Shown here piece after piece: positions 24,672-37,435 of a DNA stretch of 64,000 nucleotides. The first letter of the stretch is position 1. Each line of letters begins with the position of its first letter. A program made the position numbers and the translations under genes. Location: positions 106,020,001-106,084,000 of the forward strand of contig NC_133622.1 of assembly GCF_048593235.1 (NCBI RefSeq), given 5' to 3'. The notes under the pieces were generated by a model. It was not told the DNA's origin and did not search any database. It was given only the letters and a program-made list of their open reading frames with translations. The stretch is from Sminthopsis crassicaudata. Its lineage: Eukaryota.

Positions 24672-24832
24672 TCCTTTGGTGTTTTCATCTCCCTTCCTAA
24701 GATGTCAGGAAGAGCGTGATCACCTCCTTTTTATGGTGCTTTCACCCCTTTTTTGAGCAGTCAGGGAAGGTGTGATCACCTCTTTTGGGAGGTTCTCACT
24801 TCCTTGAGAAGTCAGGGAGGTCATGACCACCT
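24672..24832 (+). repeat. Tandem ~51-56 bp hairpin-forming repeats in the ERV 3' untranslated region
   Basis: Units start GTCAGG at 24704, 24760 and 24811, each followed by (G)TGA(T/C)CACC. The first two units are self-complementary. Confidence 0.75.
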
Positions 24833-24839
24833 ATGTTCC

Positions 24840-24861
24840 AAAAAGGAAAGAAAGTGGGAGC
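24840..24861 (+). promoter_or_regulatory. Polypurine tract
   Basis: AAAAAGGAAAGAAAGTGGGAGC immediately before the TG of the 3' LTR. Confidence 0.88.
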
Positions 24862-25389
24862 TGTTAGGATTCTTACAAGGTGCTAAGTAAGTGGAATTGA
24901 GGAGACAGTGGTTAAATCTAGTTTAGCATTGATTTAATCCTACAACAAATAATGGTTTCCTAGTGATATAATGATTGGTGTATACTCAGTGTGAAACATA
25001 AAAGGAGGAGCTGTCAGGGACAGAAAGGACAAGCACACTTGAAGCTTTCTGAGTCTGAGACAGATTCATTCCATTTTTCCACATTTGTGCTGGCTGAAGG
25101 CTCAAGAACAAACCTTTGGATTCGGAGACATTCCGAGGGAACTAGAGGTAGAAACTGGCAGAAGCAAAGCACTAGCAGCAGGAGTCTCCACCAAGGGGAG
25201 AGTTAGGCCTCTATTAAAACAAACTGGGCCCTAGGCAGGAGACAAGACTTGGAAGGAGACAATAAAGGATTTGGACTTTAATTCCTGGTTGCATTTGGGG
25301 TGATTATACTGAACTGAAACTAAGGCTGCCTCCAGAAGCGTCCCAAGAAACCTGCTCCCAGAGAACATTACAATTTAGAGAACCTTACA
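24862..25389 (+). repeat. 3' LTR (528 bp)
   Basis: Starts TGTTAGG, ends CCTTACA, followed by TSD CATTCT. Confidence 0.93.
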
Positions 25390-26075
25390 CATTCTGAAGA
25401 ACAATTTGGAATTATGCCAAAAGGGCTATAAAACTGTGCCTACCTTTTGATCCAGTAGTATTGATACTGGGTGACAAAAGAGTTCAAAAAAGAACACAAG
25501 TGCAAAAATGTTTGTAGCAACTATTTTTTGTTGTTGTTCTGGCAAGGAATTGGAAAATAAAATAATATTTAAGAAAATTTTTTAAACTGACAAACAAGCT
25601 GATTTCAGAAAAGCCTGGAAAGACATACATGAACTGATGCTGAGTGAAGTGAACAATATCAAGAGAACATTGTGTGCAGTAACAGCAAGAATATTATGAT
25701 CAATCAAAGTGGACTTGGCTCTTCTCAGTAATGCAATGATTCAAGACAATTCCAATAGGCTTGGTATGGGAAATGCCATCCACATTGAGAGAAAAAACTA
25801 TTGAGACTGAATGTGGATCAAAACATAGTATTTTTCCCTTTTTCTTGTTTATTATTTTCTTTTGCTTGATGTCATGGGAAGAGGGGATATAGAAGCAATT
25901 TGATATAAATATGTGCAGTTCTTTTAAACATACTTCCATGTTATGTTGTGGGAAAGAATCAGACCAAAGGGAGGGGGGAAACCATGCAAAAGAAAATTTG
26001 GAACATAAAGTCTTACAAGGATGAATGTTATAAACTACCTTTGCATTATTTGGAAAAATAAAATACTATTGAGGA
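25390..26075 (+). mobile_element. Host L1, right part
   Basis: Continues the L1 ORF2 end and 3' UTR, then an A-rich end. Confidence 0.85.
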
Positions 26076-27061
26076 AAAAAATACTGTGAGTGCTGGGATC
26101 TCTAAAATGTTAGGAGTTCTAATATAGCCAAACAGGATAATTTCCTAGAATCAACTTTTTTTTTTTTTTGTCAAACATCCTGACTGTTCATTCTCTTCAT
26201 ATCTGTATTTTCCTCCCTCCTCTATTCTCAAAACTCTAGGATACCATTACTATATTTGCTAACAAAATGGGTTATCTACTAGACTCCTTGTCAATTCTCA
26301 GGCTGGTTGAAAGCCAGGCAGTTCTGAATTTGTACAGTGGACGTGTTCTGGAGAGGCCTATTCTCTCTGTCCTCTAGTAAGTGATATGAAGATCCTGTGA
26401 TCACAAGGCAGGTCATGTCCTTAGAGGCCATTTGAGATTTCCCTTTTCCTGAGAAAGTAAATGGAAGGGAAATGCTGAATGTAAATATATTTCAATAGGA
26501 AAATCTTTTCAGAAAAATTCCAGCATTTAATGTGGCAACTCAAATTAATATTAGGGAAAATAAAGTGAGGTCACTTCTACTGCTTTTTGTGAGGCATAGT
26601 ATATAGTCAACTAAAAATAGTGGCTCTCTGTCTACAACAAGGACTAAATATAGTAAAGACAGCAATGTTCCCTAAACTAACATATAGATTTAGTATAATA
26701 CCAATATAAACCACTGTGGAATACACTATAAAACTTGAAGAATTGATAGCAAAATTTATCTAGAAGAACGAACAGGTAAGAATACTAAAGAATGTTTATT
26801 TCAGCATTTTTTAAAAGAAAGACAGTAGGATTTGAAGTGAACTAAGTTCAAATCTTAGCTTTTCTATTTACTATCCCTATGATCTTGGGTAAATCATAAG
26901 AATAAGAGGTAAGACATCTTTGGGTTTCATTTTTCTTATTTGTAAAATGAGGCAATCTTGACCTCTAAAATTCCTTCCTCTCTAAATATTGTGATCTTTT
27001 AAATAGTCAATATTTCAAAAGCCCTAGGTTTTTACCTATGTGGGTGCTCGTTCCAGTAACA

Positions 27062-27304
27062 TTTTGTTGTCATTTCAGTCATGCCTAACTCTTCATAACC
27101 TCATTTGGAGTTTTCTTGGCAAAGATACTGAAGAAATTTCTTTCTCCAGCTCATTTTACAGATGAGGAACTGAGGCAAACAGGGTTAAGTGACTTATTCA
27201 GGGTAATGCAGCTAGGAAGTATCTGAGGCCAAGTTTAAACTCATGAAGCTGTCTTCTTGATTGCAAGCCTAGAGTTCTGTGCACTATGGTGCTACCTAGC
27301 TGCC
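27062..27304 (-). mobile_element. Full-length MAR1-type CORE-SINE
   Basis: Reverse complement of head (...ctacctagctgcc), CORE (cagatgaggaactgaggc) and RTE-like tail. Confidence 0.85.
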
Positions 27305-28307
27305 TCCAATAAATCACTTAGAAAGGTTTCAGGAATTAGTGTAGACAATAGATGAATCAATCCACTAGTACTAAGCCTCTCAGGTCATAAACAGAGTTTT
27401 TCTTTATGACAAACATATTGATGCACTTTACTTGAAGTCTTTCCATCTTGGTAGCCCAACCTAGACTTGCAGAATGTCTTTCTCAGATACCTTTAATTCA
27501 TGCCTTTTCTCCCCCTCCCATCTCTACCTATTGGAATAATAATCACATCAAATGCCATAGTTGATGTAAGAAATAGTTTTGGAGGGCTTTATATATTGAA
27601 AATGTGGGGCTTAGATTGTAAATTATAAAAGAGAGCTAAGGATGCATCAATCAATTTCTCCAGGACTCCACTCACCATCCTTATGATTTTCTTGACCAAA
27701 CTTGCTCTATTCTTTTATCTTTTCCTGTTAGAATATAAACTCCTTAAAAGTAAGGACAATATTGCTTTTTCTTTTGGTATCCTTAGCTATTTGTAGCTCA
27801 GTACTTGGCATATAGCAAGTGCTTAATAAACATTGTATGACCCTGAACAAGTCACTTACTCTTGCCCAGGTGGCAATACTAAGTTATATTTCCTCTGAGA
27901 AGAATAGTATTTTAGAGATAGCTGTGAATAGAACCACTGGACCTGGTATCAAATGAATTCAATATTTGAATTCAAATCTAGCTTTGGACATTTAGTATAT
28001 TGTGACCTTGGATAAATCCCTTAACCTGCGTGCCTCAATTTCCCCATCTATCAAATGATAATAGCACCTATTTTCTAGGGTTGTTGAGAGGATTAAAGAG
28101 AAAATATTTGTAAAGTGCTTGGCACAATGCTTAACACAAAATAAATACTTGATAAATATTTGTTTCCTTCTTCCCTGTACCTAATGTTTTCTCTATATCT
28201 TTATGGGTCCCGTGTTTTTTTTTTTTTTTTGTTGTTGTTTTTTGTTTTTTGTTTTGAGATGGAATAAAGACTACCCTCTACCTAACATTTGTTATTTTGA
28301 CTTTTTG

Positions 28308-28761
28308 TGTGGGAACTGGGGACCCCCCAGACCTTGTCCCAAGAATTTTCTCTCCCCAAAAAGCAGAAAAGGGGAAGATGATGGGTGAGAGCCGAAGGTC
28401 CACTCATAACTGTATGAATGTGGAACAATAAGAATCCTTTATTTACTCTTTATTTGTCCTCTGGGGGAAAAAATAAAACAAAAATCATCCTGATTGACAG
28501 TACTTGACAATACCTTGCTAAAAGTCATCCTGTCTCCTTATCTGGATGAAAAGCCATCCTGGCTTTTTTCTTCTCTCTCTTTTATGATTTACAACCTAAG
28601 CCCCAAATTTTCAGCATATAAAGCCTTCCAAAACTATTTCCAATTTGCTAGATTTCCTTTAGAGACTAATATATCAATTATGGCATAAATAAACTTTTGT
28701 GACTAAGAGAATCTCTTTGAATTCTTTCAAACTATGAACTATGACTCTCACACATTTCACA
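28308..28761 (+). mobile_element. Probable solo LTR
   Basis: TGTGGG...TTTCACA termini, with CATATAAA (~28616) then AATAAA (~28688) in U3-R-U5 order. No clean TSD found. Confidence 0.5.
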
Positions 28762-30140
28762 ATGTGTTCTCTACATTTGGAAACTTAGATATGAATTATA
28801 TTTAATCTTTATTTGGAGATTTTCCTGGAATAACCTCCATAGGTGGGCACCAGGCCAAAGAGAAACAACCTGCTTAGTCTATGTTAGTCAAAAATTGAAG
28901 GGGAGCTAGGCAATGGATACATTAATTTGAGAGAATAGACCAAGAGAGTCATCTGTTTCCTTTGGTTTGTTCTTCTCACCCAGACTTTACTTCAGGAAAA
29001 TCTTCAAATATAGTTTAAGCTTATATCTAAATTTTCACAAATATAGTCAATGGCAATCCCTTGCTCCTATATAGAGCAGAGCTCCCCAGAAATGACCATT
29101 AATTTATAAACAGGTGGGAATGTTTCTATGAAATATTGGGTGAAAAATCAAATTTTATATACATACACACATCTATATATGTATGCATGTATGTATATAT
29201 ATATGCACATATAAACATATATACACATATATTTTCATATACATATATATGGATGAATGCACATTTTTTTTGCAATGCTCTAAAGTTTACATAGCTTCTC
29301 AGTTTATATAACCTTGTTACAGAAGTAGCAAATGCATTTTTATCCCCACTACCAGAAAGGAATAAGGCTCTCAAGAGGTTGTGATTGACCTAAAAACACA
29401 TATCTTAATATCTGCCAGAGTCAGCTATCCTAGCTCCAAATTCAAGGCTGCTCCTACTAGAGTTAGCAGAGTAGCAGTATTTGTTATTTGAATAACTACC
29501 TAGCTACTGCCACTTTTAAAGGCCTCTCCTAATCCCTGAAGGAGGTCAGAGAAAGCACCCCCTGGCATATCCTACCAAGAGGAAAAGGCCTTCTTCCAGC
29601 ACTGCCTGTGCTGGACTCTGGGCTCTTTCTCAGAAGAGCATTGGACTATGTAATCACAGAACATTGGCCATTGAATATCCACTTCTCCCAGTCATTGCAG
29701 CTAACATATTCAGCTGCAATATGCAGCTTCCAATTTCAGAGCTTTGTCCTCTACGCCATAATGTATTTTTTTGGAATAATGTAAAGATATACTTTTTTTT
29801 AAATATTTAATATAAATGGTCAGAAGAGAATCGACCGTGAAAAGAGATATGACTAAAACCTGAGGACACCACAATAAAATAGGGTTGCAATTTACTCAGC
29901 TGTGAAATGAGAGGTTCAGGCTGGTGGCTTCTGAGATCTGTCAGCCTTAGAATTATCATTCTATCAAATTTTCTAATATCTAGTGCTAATTTCATTTCCT
30001 GTTAAGTTGGTATGCTAACAAAAAGTCAAAATTCTAACTTGATACCTTTATGTTCCAAGCTCATAATACTTGGCAATCACAGTACTTAATAAAAATCTTA
30101 CATTTATGTACATGGCAACAAGATTATAAGATGATCAATT

Positions 30141-30245
30141 CAGGGCAGCTAGTCAGGACCTGAGTTCAGATGTGGTCTCAGACACTTCACACTTCCTAGC
30201 TGGGTGACCCTGGGCAAGTCATTTGACCCCAACTGCCACAGGGGG
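30141..30245 (+). mobile_element. Internally deleted WSINE1
   Basis: gggcagctag is fused directly to tcaggacctgagttcag; the A-box segment is missing. Confidence 0.75.
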
Positions 30246-30267
30246 TAAAAAATATCAATCCTGTTGG

Positions 30268-30945
30268 GCGTGGTTTTCAACAATGAGATGATTCAGGCCA
30301 GTTCTAATGATCTTGAGAGTCATCTACATCCAGAGAGAGAGGACAGTGGGAACTGAATGTGGATCACAACATAGCATTTTCACTCTTTTTGTTGTGATTT
30401 GCTTGAATTTTTTTATTTTTTTCCTTTTTTGATCTGATTTTTCTGGTTTAGCAAGATAGTTGTATAAATATATATGTGTATATTGGATTTAACATATTTT
30501 TTATCATGTTTAACATATATTGGATTACTTGCCATTTAGAGGGTGGGAGGAAGAGGGGGGAAATTGGAACACAAGGTTTTGCAAGGGTCAATATTGAAAA
30601 ATTATCCTTGCATGTTTTTTTAAAATAGCCTTTTATTTATAAGATATATGCATGGGTAATTTTTCAGCATGGACAATTGCAAAACCTTTTGTTCCAATTT
30701 TTCCCCTCCTCCCCCCCTCCCCTCTCTCCCAGATGGCAGGTAGACTAATACATGTTAAATATGTTAAAGTATATGCTAAATACAATATATGTATACATAT
30801 CCATACAATTATTTTGCTGCACGAGAAGAATTGGACTTTGAAATATTAAACCACCTGTGAAGAAAATCAAAAATGCAGGCGGACAAAAACAGAGGGATTG
30901 GAAATCTTGCATATGTTTTGAAGATAAAAAAAACTTCAATAAAAA
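30268..30945. mobile_element. + strand L1 3' fragment with a - strand L1 3' end (~30620-30900) nested near its end
   Basis: L1 3' UTR motifs on both strands, with (t/c)cttgcat flanking the inner copy. Confidence 0.7.
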
Positions 30946-31189
30946 ATCTTACATTTAACTTCTATTAATAATTGTTATTATGAGAATACTTTAGGTTTGG
31001 CAAACTAACCAATGATATCCTTAATCAGGATACGTCCAGATGATCATCAACAATCCATCATATTAAATGTCCTTGGTGAACAAAGTTCCATACTAAGTAT
31101 TGCCAAAAGTTTCAAAAGAATTATGAAGCACATCTCTGACCTGAAGTAGATTACATGTAAAGTGGGAGAGGACAGAACCCACACCTAAA

Positions 31190-32290
31190 TGAAAAACGGG
31201 GTTTTCTCGGTTTCTCTATGGGCACATAATATAGTCCATCAGTTCCCTTCCAACCCCGAAGGGTACGGATTTCTCCTTGGTACTAAGAACTGCGAGGGGA
31301 GTGGCTGCTGTCAGCGGATGTTGGTCAGAGTCAAAGCAGTGCGCTCTCACGCTCCCTGAAGGCTAGGGTTATTGGGGGATGGGGGGAGGCAGAAACGGGG
31401 AAAAACGGGTGCTGAAGTGAAAAATTTCAAACTCTTTCCCTTCAGCCCTCGCATGCGCTTGGGAACCAGCACAAGGCCAAGGTTAAAGTCTTGAGGAATC
31501 CTTTTCCACGTCTGTCCTCCCAAGTTAGTCCGTACTGGAGTTCGGCTCCAGCATGCTATAAATACAGCGGGCCACATGCTGTTGTGACATAATGTTCCCT
31601 CTACAGCCCAGGCTAGATAACATTAATTTGCCCTTTAAATGTCCCTAGCGGGAGCAGCAGGCCCCTAACCCGCTCAGGCCTCCCGGAAGCGCCTCGCCCC
31701 CCGTGCCCTCTACCGAGGAATGGGACGGAGAGGGTATCCAGACACCTGTCCAGCCAATACGCACGGAGCCAAATGGCCCGAGGGCCCTCCTCCTTCTCTC
31801 GCGAGACGAAGTGTCATATAAGGAGGTCTGGGGAAGAAGTGCTCTGCCCCTTTTGGATCGTGGTGGTGGGACAGAGAAGGGGGTCAGGGCTCCTAGCTTG
31901 GGGGGGAAGACTACGGAGTAGTTCCTGAGACACTGAGCACAACTGACTTCCATCATGAGTGACCAAGCGCTGAGCTTCCTAAAAGACTTCCTGGCAGGTG
32001 GCATCGCCGCTGCAGTTTCCAAGACTGCAGTTGCCCCCATCGAGAGAGTCAAATTGCTTCTGCAGGTGAGAATTGGAGCCTGAAAGGTGTATGCATGTGT
32101 TAGGAGGGGGGAAAAGGTCTTGCCCTAGGACATTGCTTACCCAAGTAACTTTGAGGACTGATGTTTTGTGCTTGTTAAAGAACGAAGCTGGAATAGGCCT
32201 TAGGCTAGCCATCCGCAAACCACAGGAAACTGGGATCGGGGTTGGGGATAAAGGGTCGAATGGCCTTTGAGAGCCCAGTCTAAAGGAACT
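31190..32290. promoter_or_regulatory. SLC25A4: CpG-rich promoter/exon 1 region of SLC25A4
   Basis: Sharp rise in GC and CpG against an AT-rich background. Motifs: NRF1-like TCGCATGCGC (31449-31458), ERR-like CCAAGGTTA (31477-31485), MEF2-like CTATAAATAC (31556-31565), CCAAT (31754-31758), TATA CATATAA (31815-31821). Confidence 0.8.
31955..32065 (+). CDS. SLC25A4: ADP/ATP translocase 1, exon 1
   Basis: [37 protein letters not shown], then a GT donor at 32066. The N-terminus is ANT1-type. Confidence 0.97.
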
Positions 32291-32969
32291 TCTAACTGGA
32301 CTCTCTGAAAAGCCGGGGAGTATAGATGACATTGCTGGTGTCAGGTGGCTCTTACACACAAGTGCCTAAATATGGAAAGCCTCCTGAGGATCGAGTTACA
32401 TTGAGGACTCTTCCTCCCAAGTGAGGCTGTGCACAGAACTAGGAAAATGTGGTGACAGCTTACTTGCCCTCATCTAATCTCTTTACCTGACCTCCCCTTC
32501 TTCCCCTTGCCAAGTTAAAAGTCTCATTCTTTGTTCCTACCACTTCTCCACCCTTTTTTAGCTTGCCTTAAAAGCAAAGGGTCATGCTGGTAGGTGGCAT
32601 TGAGAATCAGAAGTTAAAAGTTATCCATTCACTGATCTTGGACAAATTACTTGGGCTGTTTTCACATCTGTAAAAATGTGGCTACTGGCTAGATCTCAAG
32701 ATTTTTCAACTCAAATATTCTGTGATTTGATCTTGGCCAATTCCCATACCTATCCAGTGTGACCTAGGCATCCCCTCTACTGCTTCAACTGGGGTGCTGG
32801 AATCCAATAAGATGCAGTCAGGAGGTTAAGTTCTTAGTGGAGGGAAGAGAATGGAGGGAAACATTCTATAAGGCCTTAACTGGAAAATCTGGAAATGACA
32901 AAACAATTTTCTTTCTCCAATCCTTTCTTTTCCCTTCCCTTGTTCTTTTCTATCTTTTCCCATGTCTAG

Positions 32970-33647
<678 letters not shown>

Positions 33648-33901
33648 TGAGAGTAATCATTTCCCAGGAATAAATATCATTTCAATAGTTCTACAAGGCC
33701 ATATATAAATCAGGCACCTGACCAGAACTGTGAGCTTTCATTAGAAAATTGCTTGATACTTACGTTAAAAAAATATAATGAGCTAAAATCAGAAGAGGGC
33801 TTGAAGCAAAAAGTGTGGAGAAGATAGCTTTTCCCCCTTTCCTACCAATGCAGAATGAGTTACCCATGAGTAAACAAATTTATGTTTGGCATTATTTACA
33901 G

Positions 33902-34042
33902 GAATGCTGCCTGACCCCAAGAATGTGCACATTATAGTAAGCTGGATGATTGCCCAGAGTGTGACAGCAGTGGCAGGACTGGTGTCCTATCCCTTTGATA
34001 CTGTGCGTCGTAGGATGATGATGCAGTCTGGTCGGAAAGGGG
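33902..34042 (+). CDS. SLC25A4: ADP/ATP translocase 1, exon 3 (141 nt)
   Basis: [19 protein letters not shown]...RRRMMM (ANT signature)...GRKG; AG/GT boundaries in phase. Confidence 0.98.
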
Positions 34043-34726
34043 GTATGTTTTTCTTCATCTTCCTTGTTAATGCAATACAAGGGGATGGACAATGATCTGG
34101 TATAGCTGACTTGTCTAGTTCCCAGTATCAAGCAGTGATCCTCTGTGATTCATAGTTGTCTTTATAATCTAAAAGGGGAAAAAGGAGGAGGGAAAAGGGT
34201 GAGATTATGGATTAAAAATTAGTTCCCTCTTTCCATTAACTTTTCCTCCATTTTCTTCTTAGAAAGAAATAAAAAATAACATCCTGAAGAGAGGAAAAAA
34301 AGGAAAATATTTGAGAGTGGCTAATGATTATGGAAACTCAATAATCTCTAGCAATATAGTGGCCTTTGGGCTACTACTTGTACAAGGACAAAGTTGGATT
34401 GAGTACTAAGTTGATTATAGTTTACTGATTCATTTTGCTTCAATTATTTAGCTAACAAATGACAACTTTCTCTTTAGTCTGAGGCAGGTTGGCAAATTAA
34501 GATTAGTCTATCTATTTTAAAAAGTCCCTTTCTGTTTAAAGCTTGTCGTTTCATAGAATTATCTGCATAAAAATCTATTCCCCAAAACCACTAGAAGCCA
34601 GAAAAAACTAATAAAGAGAAAATCCTTGCTTAGCAAGCTAAGGAGAATTTGAACAACTGGTATTACATAGGGCTTGCTGCATGGAAAAGATCCAGAACTC
34701 TAGAGCACAAGGCTTTTAGAAAATAG

Positions 34727-34930
<204 letters not shown>

Positions 34931-35184
34931 ATTCAATTAAAACTCTTAAGTTCATTGGTCCCAGATCCATTTTCTAATGTTATCCATGGTTTAGTAAACA
35001 TTTCTTAGGAAATCTGATAATACTAATATGGGATAACACCAAATGGCCAAGGATATCATACCATAAACATGTTTCAATCTACTGGACCACAAATGAATTT
35101 TACATTATACAGATTTAAAGTATACTAGCAAATATAAGGTAACATTATTTCTATGCTTCTATAATTAATTTGAGATTTGGTGAT

Positions 35185-35211
35185 AATAAATTAATGTGAA
35201 CACTCAATAAA
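35185..35211 (+). terminator. SLC25A4: Tandem AATAAA polyadenylation signals of SLC25A4
   Basis: AATAAA at 35185-35190 and 35206-35211, about 255-280 nt after the stop codon. Confidence 0.6.
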
Positions 35212-37403
35212 TATTACTTACAGCTTATTCTCTAAATTTTTACTTTATTAAAATCCTAAGTATCAAACTGGGTTCTAAATTCCAACAGCAAATCATATGA
35301 AAAAAATATTCTAAGTGAAGGGACAACTGCATGTCATGAATTATTTGTAAATATTTTGTAAACAATTATTATAAACACAGACTACTACACTAAATATCAA
35401 GTTTTGATAGCAGATATATGCAAGAACATACCCTATATACAATGTGGAGTTTTGAGAAGAGTGGAAGATTATGAAGGGAATGAAATGCATACTAACTTAA
35501 AAATGTTTCACATGTACTATATATTTCAAAAACAGCTAGAGATATCTCAAGAAATAGAGACTTTATATCAATCTTATACATGGATCCAGAATCAAAACTA
35601 AATCCAGCAAATCTACAGATGGAAAATAAATCAGAGATTGGGAAGGTCTTTTCAAATTGCAGAATTTTCCATCTAAAACAGAGCTGGGAACAGGAATGAG
35701 AAATCCTGTTTATAAAGGGTTTATAAAAAAAGGACAAATTAATCAAAATCTAGATGTCAATTATCCATTGAACACCCATGTGCCAAAGTGCTGGATTAGC
35801 ACCTAATAGTTTCTTGCATATTTGAGAGTTTAAAGAATATTTAATTCCAAAAGGAGCTAATAGCTTGCTCAAGGAATACAGGTAAAAGGAACACAATTAA
35901 ATGCTAAATTAACGTGTGGAAAGAGAGGTCAAAGAGAAAGGCAAAGCCAATATAGTTGTTGTAGGAGTGGGAGAAATTAGAGAAGACTAGCACTGGGCCT
36001 TGAAGGCTAATCAAAGGAAGAAAGGCCTTTGACAAAAGCTGTCAGCTAATCTGATAAAATAACCTTTGTTCACTTCAAAGGACTAAAGAATAGTTTTTTT
36101 GTTTTTTTTTTAACACAACCTCTAATTTATCTTGTCCTTCTCCAAAGGAAGTTTTGTTGGTCAACTCAAGTGTGATGATAAAACAAAATATTTTAAGGTT
36201 TAGGGGGTATTAACTCTTAGTCCTAACTTCAGGAAATGCAGGAGTAAAACCAAATATGTTGAAACATTAAAAAGTCAGTCAGATCTAAATTAAGAAGCAG
36301 AATAGTTCATGGCTTAAAATGATATCATTAAACTAGATTGGGCTTAGCTATCTAATAAAGATGAAACAGCTTTTTACCTAGGGAAAACTGAATTTTAACT
36401 CTGGATAGAATGTCCAGACCACATATTTTGAAAAACCTTTTGAGCCAAAAGCAGGACTTCCAAATTGGGTCGAGTGTTTACACAGGTAAGATTGGGTAAA
36501 AGTCTCCATGAAAATTTTGTTTTGTTTTGTTAGTTTTCTTCTCTATTTATCTTGTAAAGTTTTTTAATCACTACTGTGTCAGTTGATTTAAAGGCTTCAA
36601 TCTATTCCAGAGTCTAAGTGTTGGGAGAAGCCATTTAAGAATTAGCATCCTAGATGCAAATTAAAGCAACTTTCTGGAGTTCTGGACTCTACTCTGGAGT
36701 AGAGTCTTTGAAGTTCAGTAACAGAAGTCATTCTTATATTACTGGGGTTTTACAGTTAGTATGAAAAATTAGGTTCAACTAAAAAGACAATGTTTAACAC
36801 ACCAAAAAGTCAATTTTAATTTAATTTCTTACAATTTCCTTCACCCCTCCCAAGGAATTTACAACAAAGATAATAACACAGGTTGTTTAAAGCTTTATAC
36901 CCTAATTTACTTTTTAGAACTGTATTTTGATATTGTGATAATGGAGTATGATTTTGTAAGCCCATGGGAACCTTAATCATGGTAACTGTTTTTCTGAATC
37001 ATCTTTAAGCGATAGAAAAGTCACAGTATTCCTCCTACCCATTACTTACAAGGAACTCACCACACCCAATCTTTACTTTAATACTAATGTTTCTAACAAT
37101 AATGTTAAATTATCTTTAAGATATTTAGCACTTTCCCAACAATGGCAACATTGCATATGTTTTGCTTCTATGGCACTTACATTAAAAGTCATAAAACTGA
37201 TATTTAAAAGGAAAAATTTCATAATTCTATATATGTAAAAAAATGATGTGATTCTAGATGCTTAAAAAGCCTTTGAAAATAAGATAATTGTAGTACATTA
37301 TTGTCAATTAATGATAAGTTTAAAAATCAAATTGATACTGAGGATGTTCATGATAGGGTTATCCTTTAAATGATCTGCTATATTGCTCAAGACTATTGTC
37401 TTA

Positions 37404-37408
<5 letters not shown>

Positions 37409-37435
<27 letters not shown>

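Larger units (their letters stand above)
21654..25389 (+). mobile_element. Internally deleted betaretrovirus-like (ERV2/ERVK-class) provirus, 3736 bp
   Basis: TG...CA LTRs, 6-bp TSD CATTCT (21648-21653 and 25390-25395), tRNA-Lys PBS, gag remnant, integrase C-terminal remnant and PPT. No pro, RT or env recognisable. Confidence 0.93.

Noticed and set aside
36685-36706. Palindrome GACTCTACTC-TG-GAGTAGAGTC between the convergent genes
   Set aside because: Real 10-bp arms, but isolated and too short for a miRNA precursor or MITE; compatible with chance or a local template switch.
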